The notes beneath the pieces were generated by a model. It worked only from the letters and a program-made list of their open reading frames with translations, did no database searches and was not told the origin of the DNA. A stretch of 64,000 bases of DNA from a virus: positions 64,001 to 128,000 of IMG/VR virus record IMGVR_UViG_3300037258_001099; one strand, given 5' to 3'. Positions 37,451-46,528 of the stretch are shown here, in pieces (position 1 is the stretch's first letter; each line of letters begins with the position of its first letter). Made by a program: the position numbers and the translations under genes.

Positions 37451-38523
37451 CGCTCCGAGAGATCTTTCTTACGGATAGTTCCGCATCCTGAGCATGTCTG
37501 ACTTGTGTAGGCTGGATTCACAAAGAGGACTGTCCGCCCAGCATTTGCAGCTTTGGCTTTGACCATCTCTGTAAAGCTATGCCATCCCACATCATTGATA
37601 CTTTTGTTAAGACCTGCCTTGGTGCTTGCTCCATTAGGTAGGTACTTCCCGTTTCCATCCTGCTTTGCCTTTGGTCTCTTGCTCAGATTGGCGGGTGCCA
37701 AATCTTCAAACACGATTATCTGGTAGCGATTGACCAGCTTTCTGGACTCTTTGTGGTGAAAGTCTCGTCTCTGGTTACGCACTTTGCGATAAGCTTTGGA
37801 AACTGTCTTGACGGCGTTCTTACGCCTGTGAGAACCGCGCCTCTTACGGGAGAGTGTCTCTTGCAGCTTCTTGAGCTTATTCTCAGATTTTCGATAATGA
37901 CGCGGATTATCGATCATTTTACCATTCGAGAGAGCAGCAAAATGCGCAATACCCAAGTCTATGCCTACATCCTCATAAGCTACTAGCAACTTCTCAGCTT
38001 CGACTTCGCAGACAAATGTCACATACCAGTGCTCACCCTCACGTTTGATCGTACATGTCTTAATCTTGCCTTCAATAGGACGATGAAACCTGATGTTGAT
38101 TGAGCCAATTTTTGAGAGATTGAGCTTAGCATGCTTCTTCTCACCAACTTTGAGCTTCCATCCCTGCAATTCAGGATAAACAAAGCTATCATAGCGGTTG
38201 TACCCCTGAAATCGAGGAAATCCTGGCTTTTCTCCACGTCTTACTCGTTTGAAGAAGCCTTGGAATGCTAAGTCAACACGCTTTATCACGTTTTGTAGTA
38301 CATGGGCGCTAATATCTTTATACTCAGTCCTGATTGCTTTGATCTCTGGAAGATCGCCCTGTTGGTCATAATAGCTGATTGATTTGCGTTTATACTTCCA
38401 AGCTTCTTTTCGTTCTTGCAAAGCAGCGTTGTAGAGCTCTCTACACCGATCAAGAATCCATTGCAGCTTCTCAGCTACTTCTTTATTTGGATAAAGGCGA
38501 TATCTAAAGCTTTTCATGTTCAT
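37330..38523 (-). CDS. tnpB: RNA-guided endonuclease TnpB
   Basis: FRYRLYP, CRELYNAAL, RuvC GIDLG / FEDL / DRDVNAA, Zn finger TSQTCSGCG...CACG. Confidence 0.95.
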   Translation of the reverse strand: MNMKSFRYRLYPNKEVAEKLQWILDRCRELYNAALQERKEAWKYKRKSISYYDQQGDLPEIKAIRTEYKDISAHVLQNVIKRVDLAFQGFFKRVRRGEKPGFPRFQGYNRYDSFVYPELQGWKLKVGEKKHAKLNLSKIGSINIRFHRPIEGKIKTCTIKREGEHWYVTFVCEVEAEKLLVAYEDVGIDLGIAHFAALSNGKMIDNPRHYRKSENKLKKLQETLSRKRRGSHRRKNAVKTVSKAYRKVRNQRRDFHHKESRKLVNRYQIIVFEDLAPANLSKRPKAKQDGNGKYLPNGASTKAGLNKSINDVGWHSFTEMVKAKAANAGRTVLFVNPAYTSQTCSGCGTIRKKDLSERWHSCACGCELDRDVNAAVNILTLGQKQLLGRTSLTLETA

Positions 38524-38686
38524 CTTTTTGCTTCTCTCCTTTCCTTTTCGCGGCATAATCTCTCAATATCCAAATAATCTCACCATTGAATGAACGTTCA
38601 TCTTCCTGTGCAAACTGTTTCGTGTCTTGCCAAACATCCACAGGGAAACGAACTTGTACTTTTTGTTCCGAATGTTTCTCTTTCAT
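38504..38686 (-). CDS. Arc-family ribbon-helix-helix protein
   Basis: VQVRFP...AQEDERSFNGEIIWIL; ATG 6 nt after TATAAT, so probably leaderless. Confidence 0.8.
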   Translation of the reverse strand: MKEKHSEQKVQVRFPVDVWQDTKQFAQEDERSFNGEIIWILRDYAAKRKGEKQKDEHEKL

Positions 38687-38692
38687 GTACCT

Positions 38693-38721
38693 ATTATACA
38701 CCTATTTTAGATGTATGTCAA
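38693..38721 (-). promoter_or_regulatory. Consensus sigma70-type promoter for arc-tnpB
   Basis: TTGACA-17 bp-TATAAT. Confidence 0.85.
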
Positions 38722-38728
38722 TGATAAT

Positions 38729-38749
38729 TAATCGACTTTTTCTTAAATC
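38729..38749 (-). repeat. Copy of dispersed motif TAAG(G/A)AAAAGTCGAT (others at 9829, 47608, 53477, 59286, 61083; half copy at 37288)
   Basis: Direct sequence comparison. Confidence 0.8.
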
Positions 38750-38794
38750 TCTCGGGACTATCATGAGTTTTCTCTCCTGATTTATACTCTCTTC

Positions 38795-39853
38795 ATGACA
38801 AATTCTCAAGACCCGTTTCACCAGTATCCCGCAAAGTACCCTAAAGCCAGACGCAAAGCTGTGGAAGTTGCTGGGCATATCCACAGGTTGGTTAAGAATG
38901 GGCCGCGTACTGTTGTGGGTACGGTTGTTGACACCAGCTTCCACACGTCTGCTGGCTATGTCAGTTGCACTACGCAGCTTGGAAGCATCGTGAATGTGTT
39001 CGGCGTTCCATACGGCTCTGTGGTAAACGGTATGCGGATTTTCTGTCGTCAGATTGGAGGAGCAGCAACCAATAGATCCTATGTCTATGATGGAGCAGCA
39101 CCCAATCTCTCTGGATTGGGATACACAGGAAGTTTTGCCTATAACACTACTTTTACAGGAAGTCCCTCGGCCATTGCTCTCACCTTTGGAGGCGCTGTCC
39201 CTACCTCGGCCAGCATCATAACAGCGCAAGGTTATTTTGCTTACTGGTTTTTCTACATTCCCGCGCTTCCCACAAGTAATGCCATCCTCTGGCAATTAGT
39301 AAATGGAACGAATGTGCTTTCCTGCACGTATCTACCCAATGGTCGTCTGCAAATAAGCTCACAAGACGGACACGGCTACGCCACAACTGCCCCTGTCTCT
39401 GCCCACAATGTCCACTGGTGTATCTTGCAGCCTGGCCTCTCTGGCCTAGAGCTCCTTGTTGATATGGTGGCAGCCTATAGCGGCTTGCTCTCTTCTCCTG
39501 ATATTCCAACATTTATTGGTGGCAGCTCAGGGTACCAGCTTTCCTTGCTTTCTGATCTTTTTGGAAATAGTCTTTGTCCTCTTGGCACCTGGATTAGCAA
39601 ATTCTCAGTCGGCACTGCCTGGAATACTGTCTACGTGCCACAACTTCAGTCACTGGGAACAGGCCTTGGTAGTGTGCCAAGCTTAGATAGCGAGCTTCCT
39701 TGTGCCACAGCACAGCAAGACGTTTCCCTAACATACGAGCTCCTCTGTGAAGACGTGATAGGATCAAGCAACTTGGTCGATTCTGCCGGAGCTGGGGGAA
39801 CAAATATCTTCATCTCGTCAGGAGGCGCAGTCCAAGCCATAGGTCCCTATTAG
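38795..39853 (+). CDS. Putative virion structural protein
   Basis: Gly/Ser/Thr-rich beta protein; N-terminal OB-like VGTVVD segment, possible LamG-like core. Confidence 0.45.
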   Translation: MTNSQDPFHQYPAKYPKARRKAVEVAGHIHRLVKNGPRTVVGTVVDTSFHTSAGYVSCTTQLGSIVNVFGVPYGSVVNGMRIFCRQIGGAATNRSYVYDGAAPNLSGLGYTGSFAYNTTFTGSPSAIALTFGGAVPTSASIITAQGYFAYWFFYIPALPTSNAILWQLVNGTNVLSCTYLPNGRLQISSQDGHGYATTAPVSAHNVHWCILQPGLSGLELLVDMVAAYSGLLSSPDIPTFIGGSSGYQLSLLSDLFGNSLCPLGTWISKFSVGTAWNTVYVPQLQSLGTGLGSVPSLDSELPCATAQQDVSLTYELLCEDVIGSSNLVDSAGAGGTNIFISSGGAVQAIGPY

Positions 39854-39956
39854 AAAGTAGCCTCTCTTGCTGCTGTCCCCCTAGAATGATCGTATCCCTC
39901 TACACGGGAGGGTAGATTTTGGGAGATTGCTACTTTACCTTTGGGAGGATTTTTCT

Positions 39957-40808
39957 ATGGCCCTTACCACCACACAAATAACCCAGATAACAGATTCACT
40001 TGCTAAAGGCTGTGACGACTTTAATACCGCCTTTATCCTCAACACCAACACTAACACACCACTCTACTCCACCATTGTTACTGGTGTCTCAGGGACCGGA
40101 GCAAGCCAGACTTTGGGAAGAGTTTTGAACTTTTTGGAGCTCGCATCTGAAGTCAATATGCTTGGCAAGATGCAAGCAGTTGCCGCTACCGTGACTTCCT
40201 ATATCGCCTCGATCAGGTCACTGGCTGGGTACTATCAAACGCTCTACCCAGTACTGGACGCGCTTGACCTCTCCATCTCTGGTGGACTCAACGCCTTTCT
40301 CACAACAAACTCACTTCAGGTAAGTGCCCATGTAGCCACTGCTTTCAATAACTACCAGAATGTAGCAGTAGCCGCAGGCTTCCGTAGCGCAGGGAACATC
40401 CCTACAGCTATTGCTGTGCCAAACTACTTCCCATACGCAGTAGTAGACGATATGTGGGATATGACTGCATCTGGTGCTACAACTTTCTCAGCTAACTTAG
40501 TGGGCGCAAATACGTCTACAGCCGTTTCAGGAGGGGGATCAGCGCAATTATACATATACAAGGTCAATGCGGGAAATGCCGCTGGAGGAGCAACCTTTAC
40601 AATTACCTATACAAATGCTCTTGGCGGATCATCCCAGGCAACGTACAGCACTGTCTCTGGTACTCCAACAGCCTCCGGCTCTCTTGCTGCTGGTTTCTCT
40701 ATATCTGGAGCCATTGTTCAGGCTGTCACGGCTGTCACGGCTACTGGAATGACCTCTGGGGAGCAGTATCGCCTTGGATGTAAATTGCTTAGAAGCCCTG
40801 CGTACTAG
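39957..40808 (+). CDS. Putative virion structural protein
   Basis: Thr/Ala/Gly-rich, FTITYTNALG; GGAGG RBS. Confidence 0.5.
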   Translation: MALTTTQITQITDSLAKGCDDFNTAFILNTNTNTPLYSTIVTGVSGTGASQTLGRVLNFLELASEVNMLGKMQAVAATVTSYIASIRSLAGYYQTLYPVLDALDLSISGGLNAFLTTNSLQVSAHVATAFNNYQNVAVAAGFRSAGNIPTAIAVPNYFPYAVVDDMWDMTASGATTFSANLVGANTSTAVSGGGSAQLYIYKVNAGNAAGGATFTITYTNALGGSSQATYSTVSGTPTASGSLAAGFSISGAIVQAVTAVTATGMTSGEQYRLGCKLLRSPAY

Positions 40809-40818
40809 GAGAACGCCT

Positions 40819-41229
40819 ATGAACAGCCAGGCAATCCGCTCTCTCTTTGCCGATCCGGTCACGATCGCCATTATCCTCACGCCACTTGGGTTACTTGCCT
40901 GCGATATTGCGACGGGCATTCTGCGAGCAGTGATGACCAATCAGTTCAAGGCTCGCCGCCTAGCTGACTTTCTAGGGACCAGCTTTATGAAGTATGTGGC
41001 AATGCTTGTTGGCGTCATTATTGTCTGGTTGGCAAGCGGGGACAGCGTTGCAACCTCTACAGCATCCTTGCTTGGCATGGGTATTCTCTCCCTCTCCATT
41101 GGGGCCTCGATCATTGAGAATATGCAGGCGCTTGGGCTTCCACCAACAGTTGAGCGTGATGCTGAAACGGTAGTCAAAGACCTGGAGAGTATTGCAGATC
41201 CAGCAGCAAAGCCAGAGGTAAAGCCATGA
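40819..41229 (+). CDS. Phage holin-like protein
   Basis: Three TM segments; DIATGILRA...F...RLADFL..., ASIIENM. Confidence 0.65.
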   Translation: MNSQAIRSLFADPVTIAIILTPLGLLACDIATGILRAVMTNQFKARRLADFLGTSFMKYVAMLVGVIIVWLASGDSVATSTASLLGMGILSLSIGASIIENMQALGLPPTVERDAETVVKDLESIADPAAKPEVKP

Positions 41230-41453
41230 AGAATACGTGTCCTAAGTGCCTGACCGAGACAGGTGTGTCCATGGAGAGGATCACCAGAGAAAGCGAGAAT
41301 GCTGAGGACATTGCTCATATCCCAGAAGGACTTGCAGCTATTACTGTCATGCAGTGCAGATCCTGCTGTTATGAGTGGCATAACGTTTCACATAGCCATG
41401 TACTACAATCTCTTCGACTCTGGAATGCACCACTGCCAACAGGAAGGAGCTGA
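41226..41453 (+). CDS. Small zinc-ribbon protein
   Basis: CPKC...CRSC. Confidence 0.5.
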   Translation: MKNTCPKCLTETGVSMERITRESENAEDIAHIPEGLAAITVMQCRSCCYEWHNVSHSHVLQSLRLWNAPLPTGRS

Positions 41454-41455
41454 GT

Positions 41456-42082
41456 ATGACTCGCATTCAGTGCTTCTTATTAGAAAAAACAGGGCGAGTG
41501 GAGGTAATGCTCCGGCGATATCGCTCACCGAGTACTTTTCCAGACACCTCTTGTCCAACTGGGTATGGATACCATAATGCTTCTTTCCCCATTGGAGATG
41601 AAACAGAAGTATGCGATGAGCAAGGCTCTATCCAAAATGGCCGCATGGATATTCCTGCACATGATGACACCCGTTGGCCCACCACATGCCCCTGTGGTTA
41701 CATCTTTGAGGAAGAAGATAACTGGCAGCGCACAGCTTACCCTCTCTACAGGAGAACTGATACTGGAGAAGAAATGGTCCTCAAGGATTTGCCAGTTGGC
41801 GCTATGTATTACGCAGAATGGCTAGATGATGTTTTTTGTCCTCAAAATGAGCATTGTCTTGTGGTACAAACTCCAGGTGGAGAGTGGATCATCGATAGTC
41901 AAAGTTCTAATTGTTCTATGAAAGATGATTTTAGGCAAGAAAGGCACCATTGTTGGATACAACATGGATATCCACCTAATGTGACAGTCGATAAGCAAGG
42001 CGTGAGTTGTTCAGCAGGAGGTGGAAGTATTGAATGCAATAATTATCACGGCTTCTTGAGGAATGGATGTTTAGTCAATTAA
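41456..42082 (+). CDS. Cys/His-rich hypothetical protein (DUF6527-like C-terminus)
   Basis: CPCG, HHCW, GGSIEC..YHGFLRNG. Confidence 0.5.
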   Translation: MTRIQCFLLEKTGRVEVMLRRYRSPSTFPDTSCPTGYGYHNASFPIGDETEVCDEQGSIQNGRMDIPAHDDTRWPTTCPCGYIFEEEDNWQRTAYPLYRRTDTGEEMVLKDLPVGAMYYAEWLDDVFCPQNEHCLVVQTPGGEWIIDSQSSNCSMKDDFRQERHHCWIQHGYPPNVTVDKQGVSCSAGGGSIECNNYHGFLRNGCLVN

Positions 42083-42095
42083 TGGAGGACGTTTG

Positions 42096-42440
42096 ATGAA
42101 GATCCACATCGATACCGCTGATGAGAAAGAGAAAGCCCAGGCAAAGACCATTGCAACCAAGGGGAACGCCACAAAGTCCTCTGCAAAACAGAAGCCTGGT
42201 ACCCCCATGAACACCAAGCCTGCACAGCAAAGCCAGCCGAGTCAGCAGCCACTTCCCAAGCAGAAAGCGAATTTGCCTAAGAGCCCTCCAAAAGAGCCCA
42301 AGGCTCCCAAGGATGTAGTGGCAGCACGCAAGGCACAGACAGATGTTCTTCAGGCTAGGCAACAGCGTGAATTGCAAGGGAAAACGGATGCCTTTAAGGA
42401 ACAGGCAGGGGTAGGGTTTTGGCCGACCATGTTTCTCTAG
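42096..42440 (+). CDS. Lys/Gln/Pro-rich hypothetical protein
   Basis: GGAGG RBS; low complexity. Confidence 0.55.
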   Translation: MKIHIDTADEKEKAQAKTIATKGNATKSSAKQKPGTPMNTKPAQQSQPSQQPLPKQKANLPKSPPKEPKAPKDVVAARKAQTDVLQARQQRELQGKTDAFKEQAGVGFWPTMFL

Positions 42441-42452
42441 AGAAGGCTATGT

Positions 42453-42803
42453 ATGCAAGAACCAATAAAGGATCTCAGCTCTCTTATTGCTATGCTCAAT
42501 ATTCCCGTAAAGCAGGCCATTGATGTGAGTGAGCAAAACAGAAGATCTCTTGATGAGATGGCTCGCAAGATGATTATTCAGGAAGAAAGGCTTGTGAGAG
42601 TGGCAGATGAAAACAAGGAGTTACGGTTGGAGTTACGAGAAAGATCCAAAGAGCTAAAAGATCAAATATCTGTGCTTGAGGCCACTCTTCTAACAGATCA
42701 GAAAAAGCGAACCAATATGATTATCGGCTCGCAGGCCACAGTTCTTCTTCTTATTGTTGGAGCTTTTATCACGTACATTTTTCTTTTTCTGCCGAGGCAC
42801 TAA
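42453..42803 (+). CDS. Coiled-coil protein with C-terminal TM
   Basis: Heptad region then hydrophobic tail. Confidence 0.6.
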   Translation: MQEPIKDLSSLIAMLNIPVKQAIDVSEQNRRSLDEMARKMIIQEERLVRVADENKELRLELRERSKELKDQISVLEATLLTDQKKRTNMIIGSQATVLLLIVGAFITYIFLFLPRH

Positions 42804-42812
42804 GGAGTTATC

Positions 42813-43601
42813 ATGCTCAAACCACTCCTCTCTCGTTCTGGCATCGCGTATATGAGTGTATTTGTGGTCATAGCATGCCTTATCATTTTTTCCAATATCC
42901 TTACGCAGATCACCTTTGCCCAGGAAATAACAACGCGCAGTCTTGCTTCAACAATGTCGCTTCAAGAACTACGCACCCAGTCACTCTTTCGCAACGGACT
43001 GCTTGCAATTGTGCCTGCACCCCACCGAAATCAGCTCAATTCGCTTAAAGTAGATCCCATTGCCTCACTCAAAAGCAACCTTACCGCTATCGAGGCAACC
43101 AACAAGATACTCATCAGCCCTGCGACTCTAAGTTCTACCGCAAAACAAATGAGAGCCCTTCAGCCTGACTTTATTCTCATGGATAAGGCTGGTCGTACTA
43201 TCCTGGTTGATGTTGCAAGTAAAAACGCGAAGGATGCAGGTCAGCAGATTGCCATTCTCTTTATTCACGAGCAGAAGTATCTGCAAGGAACCTACGCTGC
43301 CTACCAGGATCTCACGCGGACAGCAGATGATCAGATCAACTCTATCATGCAACTTGAGCGCATTATCCTGGCGCTTTCTCTCATCACACTCGCGGCAGAG
43401 GCACGATTTGTAGCCTGGCCGCTGATCCGAGATCACTATACACTCATCAGTGAGATTGATAATCTACGAACACTACAAGAACAGAGGAGAGAAGACCATG
43501 CCGAAGAAGACCATTCAGATACCAGTACAGATACCGGAACAGGAAACACCGCCGCAACAGGAGAAACAACTCTCGCCAACGGAGAAAAGGCGGATCATTG
43601 A
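42813..43601 (+). CDS. Two-TM protein with NarX/PilJ-like extracytoplasmic helical domain
   Basis: TM1, QELRTQSL, helical bundle, TM2; no kinase domain. Confidence 0.45.
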   Translation: MLKPLLSRSGIAYMSVFVVIACLIIFSNILTQITFAQEITTRSLASTMSLQELRTQSLFRNGLLAIVPAPHRNQLNSLKVDPIASLKSNLTAIEATNKILISPATLSSTAKQMRALQPDFILMDKAGRTILVDVASKNAKDAGQQIAILFIHEQKYLQGTYAAYQDLTRTADDQINSIMQLERIILALSLITLAAEARFVAWPLIRDHYTLISEIDNLRTLQEQRREDHAEEDHSDTSTDTGTGNTAATGETTLANGEKADH

Positions 43602-43899
43602 ACAGAGCCCAGCCGTCCACCAGGCGACTCTGGCGCTCATCCGTGGCCGCACCTTTGCAACGACACGCTTCCCGCACTACGGAGGCTTTCTCTGCAAGCT
43701 CAGGCTCGCCTATCAGGATGATAATAGGTCAGACTTTCTCTATTATCTAAGGGAGTATCTTAAAGAAGGAAATAGATATGTGTCGCAGATCCCCGACGCA
43801 CAAAAGGCAGAGAAAATCCTTGCGGATATCTCTGCCTTGGTTACTACCTACGGAACAAGAGCGGTGGCGAGCTGCGTGCTAGCTCGACTGCTTGGCTAA
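43498..43899 (+). CDS. Hypothetical protein
   Basis: GGAG RBS before ATG 43498; overlaps previous gene by 104 nt. Confidence 0.5.
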   Translation: MPKKTIQIPVQIPEQETPPQQEKQLSPTEKRRIIEQSPAVHQATLALIRGRTFATTRFPHYGGFLCKLRLAYQDDNRSDFLYYLREYLKEGNRYVSQIPDAQKAEKILADISALVTTYGTRAVASCVLARLLG

Positions 43900-44135
43900 T
43901 CTCTAGGGAAGAAGAAGTCGTGAGATCTGAGCTCACGGATAATAATCTCACGCTTTTCATCGAATGTGAGCGCATCAGGGCCTAAGTCCTCACGAGTGCA
44001 AAGCCAGGCGTCAATTTCCATAGCAAGCTCGAAAATGAGTTGCCTTCCTGCGGAATCGATAAAGTCTTCGGCGTGATAGGCAACCTTCTCCTCACAAAGA
44101 GCTCTTGCTGCCTTCTTTCTTTCCTCATCATTCAT
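43896..44135 (-). CDS. Hypothetical protein
   Basis: Coupled leftward cluster. Confidence 0.55.
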   Translation of the reverse strand: MNDEERKKAARALCEEKVAYHAEDFIDSAGRQLIFELAMEIDAWLCTREDLGPDALTFDEKREIIIRELRSHDFFFPRD

Positions 44136-44454
44136 CAGTTTTCTCCCTGGTTAAAAGCTTGGCAATAATATCATCAATAGTCACTTCGCGCAGAACGTCA
44201 TCTGCCCACCAATAGTAGTACCTATCTGTCTTGTACTTCTTACATGCATAGGCAAGGTCTAGGTAGGCTCTGTCTCCAGGCAAGAATATATCAGTCCCAC
44301 ATTCGCGAATGCCCCAACCAAATTCCTGTGGGGCGTCAAGGTCCATCATTACACGGGCATCGTGTACTTTCAAGTCGTCTTTAAAAGCTTCCGGCCAGCC
44401 AAGTTCTTCCGCTTTAGCACAGATGGCTGCATATCCTTCTATATTATGTGGCAT
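44128..44454 (-). CDS. Hypothetical protein
   Basis: AGAAAGGA RBS. Confidence 0.6.
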   Translation of the reverse strand: MPHNIEGYAAICAKAEELGWPEAFKDDLKVHDARVMMDLDAPQEFGWGIRECGTDIFLPGDRAYLDLAYACKKYKTDRYYYWWADDVLREVTIDDIIAKLLTREKTDE

Positions 44455-44478
44455 GGCTCTATCCTTTCTTCTTGTCGT

Positions 44479-44709
44479 CTAACATGCGTTCTTAATTCGT
44501 GCCCACAGATGAGTGAGCATTGCCCTTGCGCCATTGAGATGGATCATTTCATCAGTAATACGCTTCCTATCTCGTGTCTGCTGGAAGCCCTCTCCTTTAA
44601 TAGATTTCCCTTCCTCTGCATACTTTCTCAAATTTTCGTCGCATAACTCCATCTCTTGCTCAATGAATGCGACGATATCTTCTCTTGTTTCTAGTTCTTC
44701 CCTGGTCAT
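44479..44709 (-). CDS. Hypothetical protein
   Basis: ATG 44709 after GAAAGGGAAA. Confidence 0.55.
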   Translation of the reverse strand: MTREELETREDIVAFIEQEMELCDENLRKYAEEGKSIKGEGFQQTRDRKRITDEMIHLNGARAMLTHLWARIKNAC

Positions 44710-44710
44710 T

Positions 44711-45058
44711 TTAGATTTCCCTTTCCCAAAGACTCCCAAGCGTTGCCTCAAATGGCTCATCTGCTGGAATGTTCTCCTGAATATACCGGATGATCCTCTG
44801 CCATTCACGGGTGAGGATGCCCCATTGAGTATTTGTACGAATCGCGTCCTGGATAGCAAACCCACAGAATGTTTCATTATTTACGTAGTCCTCCCAAACT
44901 TTACAGGATGTCTCACTACGTACTACTTCATAGAGTTGCCCAAGGAGATCCTTCACGGGATCTAACATATCGAGCTCATCAACATTGATGCGATGAGCCC
45001 AACCTAGATCATGCCGGTTGAGGATGGTGATTCCCTCGGCGATATCTCTTTCAAACAT
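44711..45058 (-). CDS. Hypothetical protein
   Basis: AAGGAG RBS. Confidence 0.55.
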   Translation of the reverse strand: MFERDIAEGITILNRHDLGWAHRINVDELDMLDPVKDLLGQLYEVVRSETSCKVWEDYVNNETFCGFAIQDAIRTNTQWGILTREWQRIIRYIQENIPADEPFEATLGSLWEREI

Positions 45059-45065
45059 GTGATTC

Positions 45066-45629
45066 TTACTCCTTATGGTTAAATGGCATAAAAAATGCTA
45101 CAATTTTCCACTCATCACTCATCTGCTTACGGAAGGACACACGAACTGGCTGGATTTGCAGAGGATCTCCTGGCTTGTAGAGCATTTCCCAGCGAAAGTG
45201 GTAGTCAAGGTCAATTTCCATTGGAGCAAGGATGTCAGTAAGTCTTTTGTTGATCCAGACAGTAACTACCTTGTTATTGGGAGTCTCAGGTGTTCTATTC
45301 GTGAACTTGCGTACAAGAAAACCATCGAATGGTTGATAGAAGTAGTCTTTGGGGTAGACTATATGAGTATCAATAAACTCTGACGACCATCCTTCCCATA
45401 GCCGAGATGGGTTGTGGATATGTTCCTCAAGGAAATCCGATTCATCTCTAGCCTTTATGTATGCCTTTCCGTGGACTCCAGGATCGCAAGCAGCTAAATC
45501 TTTGTGTCGCTCTACCTGAAACATCGCGCTACTCTCTCCAATAAGAAGATGCTCTTCTGTTGCATAGACCATAAGTTGTCTATCTTTGAGATACGATGCA
45601 AGCTTCTTGATGTTAAATGGGGTCTTCAT
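45066..45629 (-). CDS. Hypothetical protein, paralog of 45654-46217
   Basis: Shared KL.SYL, ATEE, RKFT, VW.NK, EMLY.P, PVR.SFR. Confidence 0.7.
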   Translation of the reverse strand: MKTPFNIKKLASYLKDRQLMVYATEEHLLIGESSAMFQVERHKDLAACDPGVHGKAYIKARDESDFLEEHIHNPSRLWEGWSSEFIDTHIVYPKDYFYQPFDGFLVRKFTNRTPETPNNKVVTVWINKRLTDILAPMEIDLDYHFRWEMLYKPGDPLQIQPVRVSFRKQMSDEWKIVAFFMPFNHKE

Positions 45630-45653
45630 ACGATGTCCGCCTTTTATCATTAC

Positions 45654-46217
45654 TTACTTCTCCTCCATGTTCTTGAAAGGAGAAAGAAGCGCAATAGGCT
45701 GCCAATCATCTTTGGCATTCATTCTAAATGAGATGCGAACAGGAACTGCCCAGTCTGGATTAGAGGGATGGTAGAGCATCTCAAACTGAAACGCTTCCGC
45801 AAGATCCCACTCCATAGGACCAAAAATGTCTGTTGCCACCTTGTTGAGCCAAACGGTATTCTCGCCATCGGTGAACTTGCGAAGCAGGATTCGCTCTTCT
45901 ACTTGGTAGAGGTGATTAGTTGGGCAAACAATATAGGCATCGGTCATAGCTATATGCTTGTCCCATTCCTTCCTCACCCTGTCGAAAGCGTACTCTTCAA
46001 GCTCTCCCTTTTGACCTTTGTATTCCTGATGAAGTTTTGCTGGAAGGTATGGACCAAGTTCTTTGTGATACTGCTTAGTAAAGATCTGCGGTACACGAAA
46101 GAGTGAGCCCTCTTCTCCAAAGAAGACATACTCCTCTGTCGCATGGACACGATACTCTTTCCCATTTAAGTACGAGACAAGCTTTGGCGCTTTGAATGGC
46201 CGCAGTATGTGATACAT
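45654..46217 (-). CDS. Hypothetical protein, paralog of 45066-45629
   Basis: Same shared motifs; RBS. Confidence 0.7.
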   Translation of the reverse strand: MYHILRPFKAPKLVSYLNGKEYRVHATEEYVFFGEEGSLFRVPQIFTKQYHKELGPYLPAKLHQEYKGQKGELEEYAFDRVRKEWDKHIAMTDAYIVCPTNHLYQVEERILLRKFTDGENTVWLNKVATDIFGPMEWDLAEAFQFEMLYHPSNPDWAVPVRISFRMNAKDDWQPIALLSPFKNMEEK

Positions 46218-46268
46218 AGTATTTTCCCTTTCTAATAGAAAGAAGAGGGCAGAGAGCCCTCCTCATAA

Positions 46269-46520
46269 TCATTTGGCTACTAGCCCCAGTCTTATCTGGA
46301 CAATAGCATCAACTTCTTTCGACAGGAAAACATATCCACTACCAGCTAGCGCAGCTCCATCCTGGATAGTCTGGAGATAGAGTTCTCCATCACGGTAAGA
46401 TGTCATCTCTATCTGTGTCCTCTGATCTATCCTCACGCTATACGTTGCCGCAATTTCATTGTCAGTCTTTACGGAAACATCTGTTCCCATAATTGACTGG
46501 ATCGCTTCCTCTGTGGTCAT
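46269..46520 (-). CDS. Hypothetical protein
   Basis: AGGAGG RBS. Confidence 0.55.
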   Translation of the reverse strand: MTTEEAIQSIMGTDVSVKTDNEIAATYSVRIDQRTQIEMTSYRDGELYLQTIQDGAALAGSGYVFLSKEVDAIVQIRLGLVAK

Positions 46521-46528
46521 ACTTCCTC

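Larger units (their letters stand above)
37299..38728 (-). mobile_element. Non-autonomous IS200/IS605-like element (arc + tnpB, no tnpA); left end approximate
   Basis: tnpB with right-end hairpin and TCAC; bracketed by direct copies of AAAGTCGATTA. Confidence 0.65.

Noticed and set aside
37330-38523. Nuclease-dead TldR
   Set aside because: All three RuvC acidic residues and the Zn finger are present
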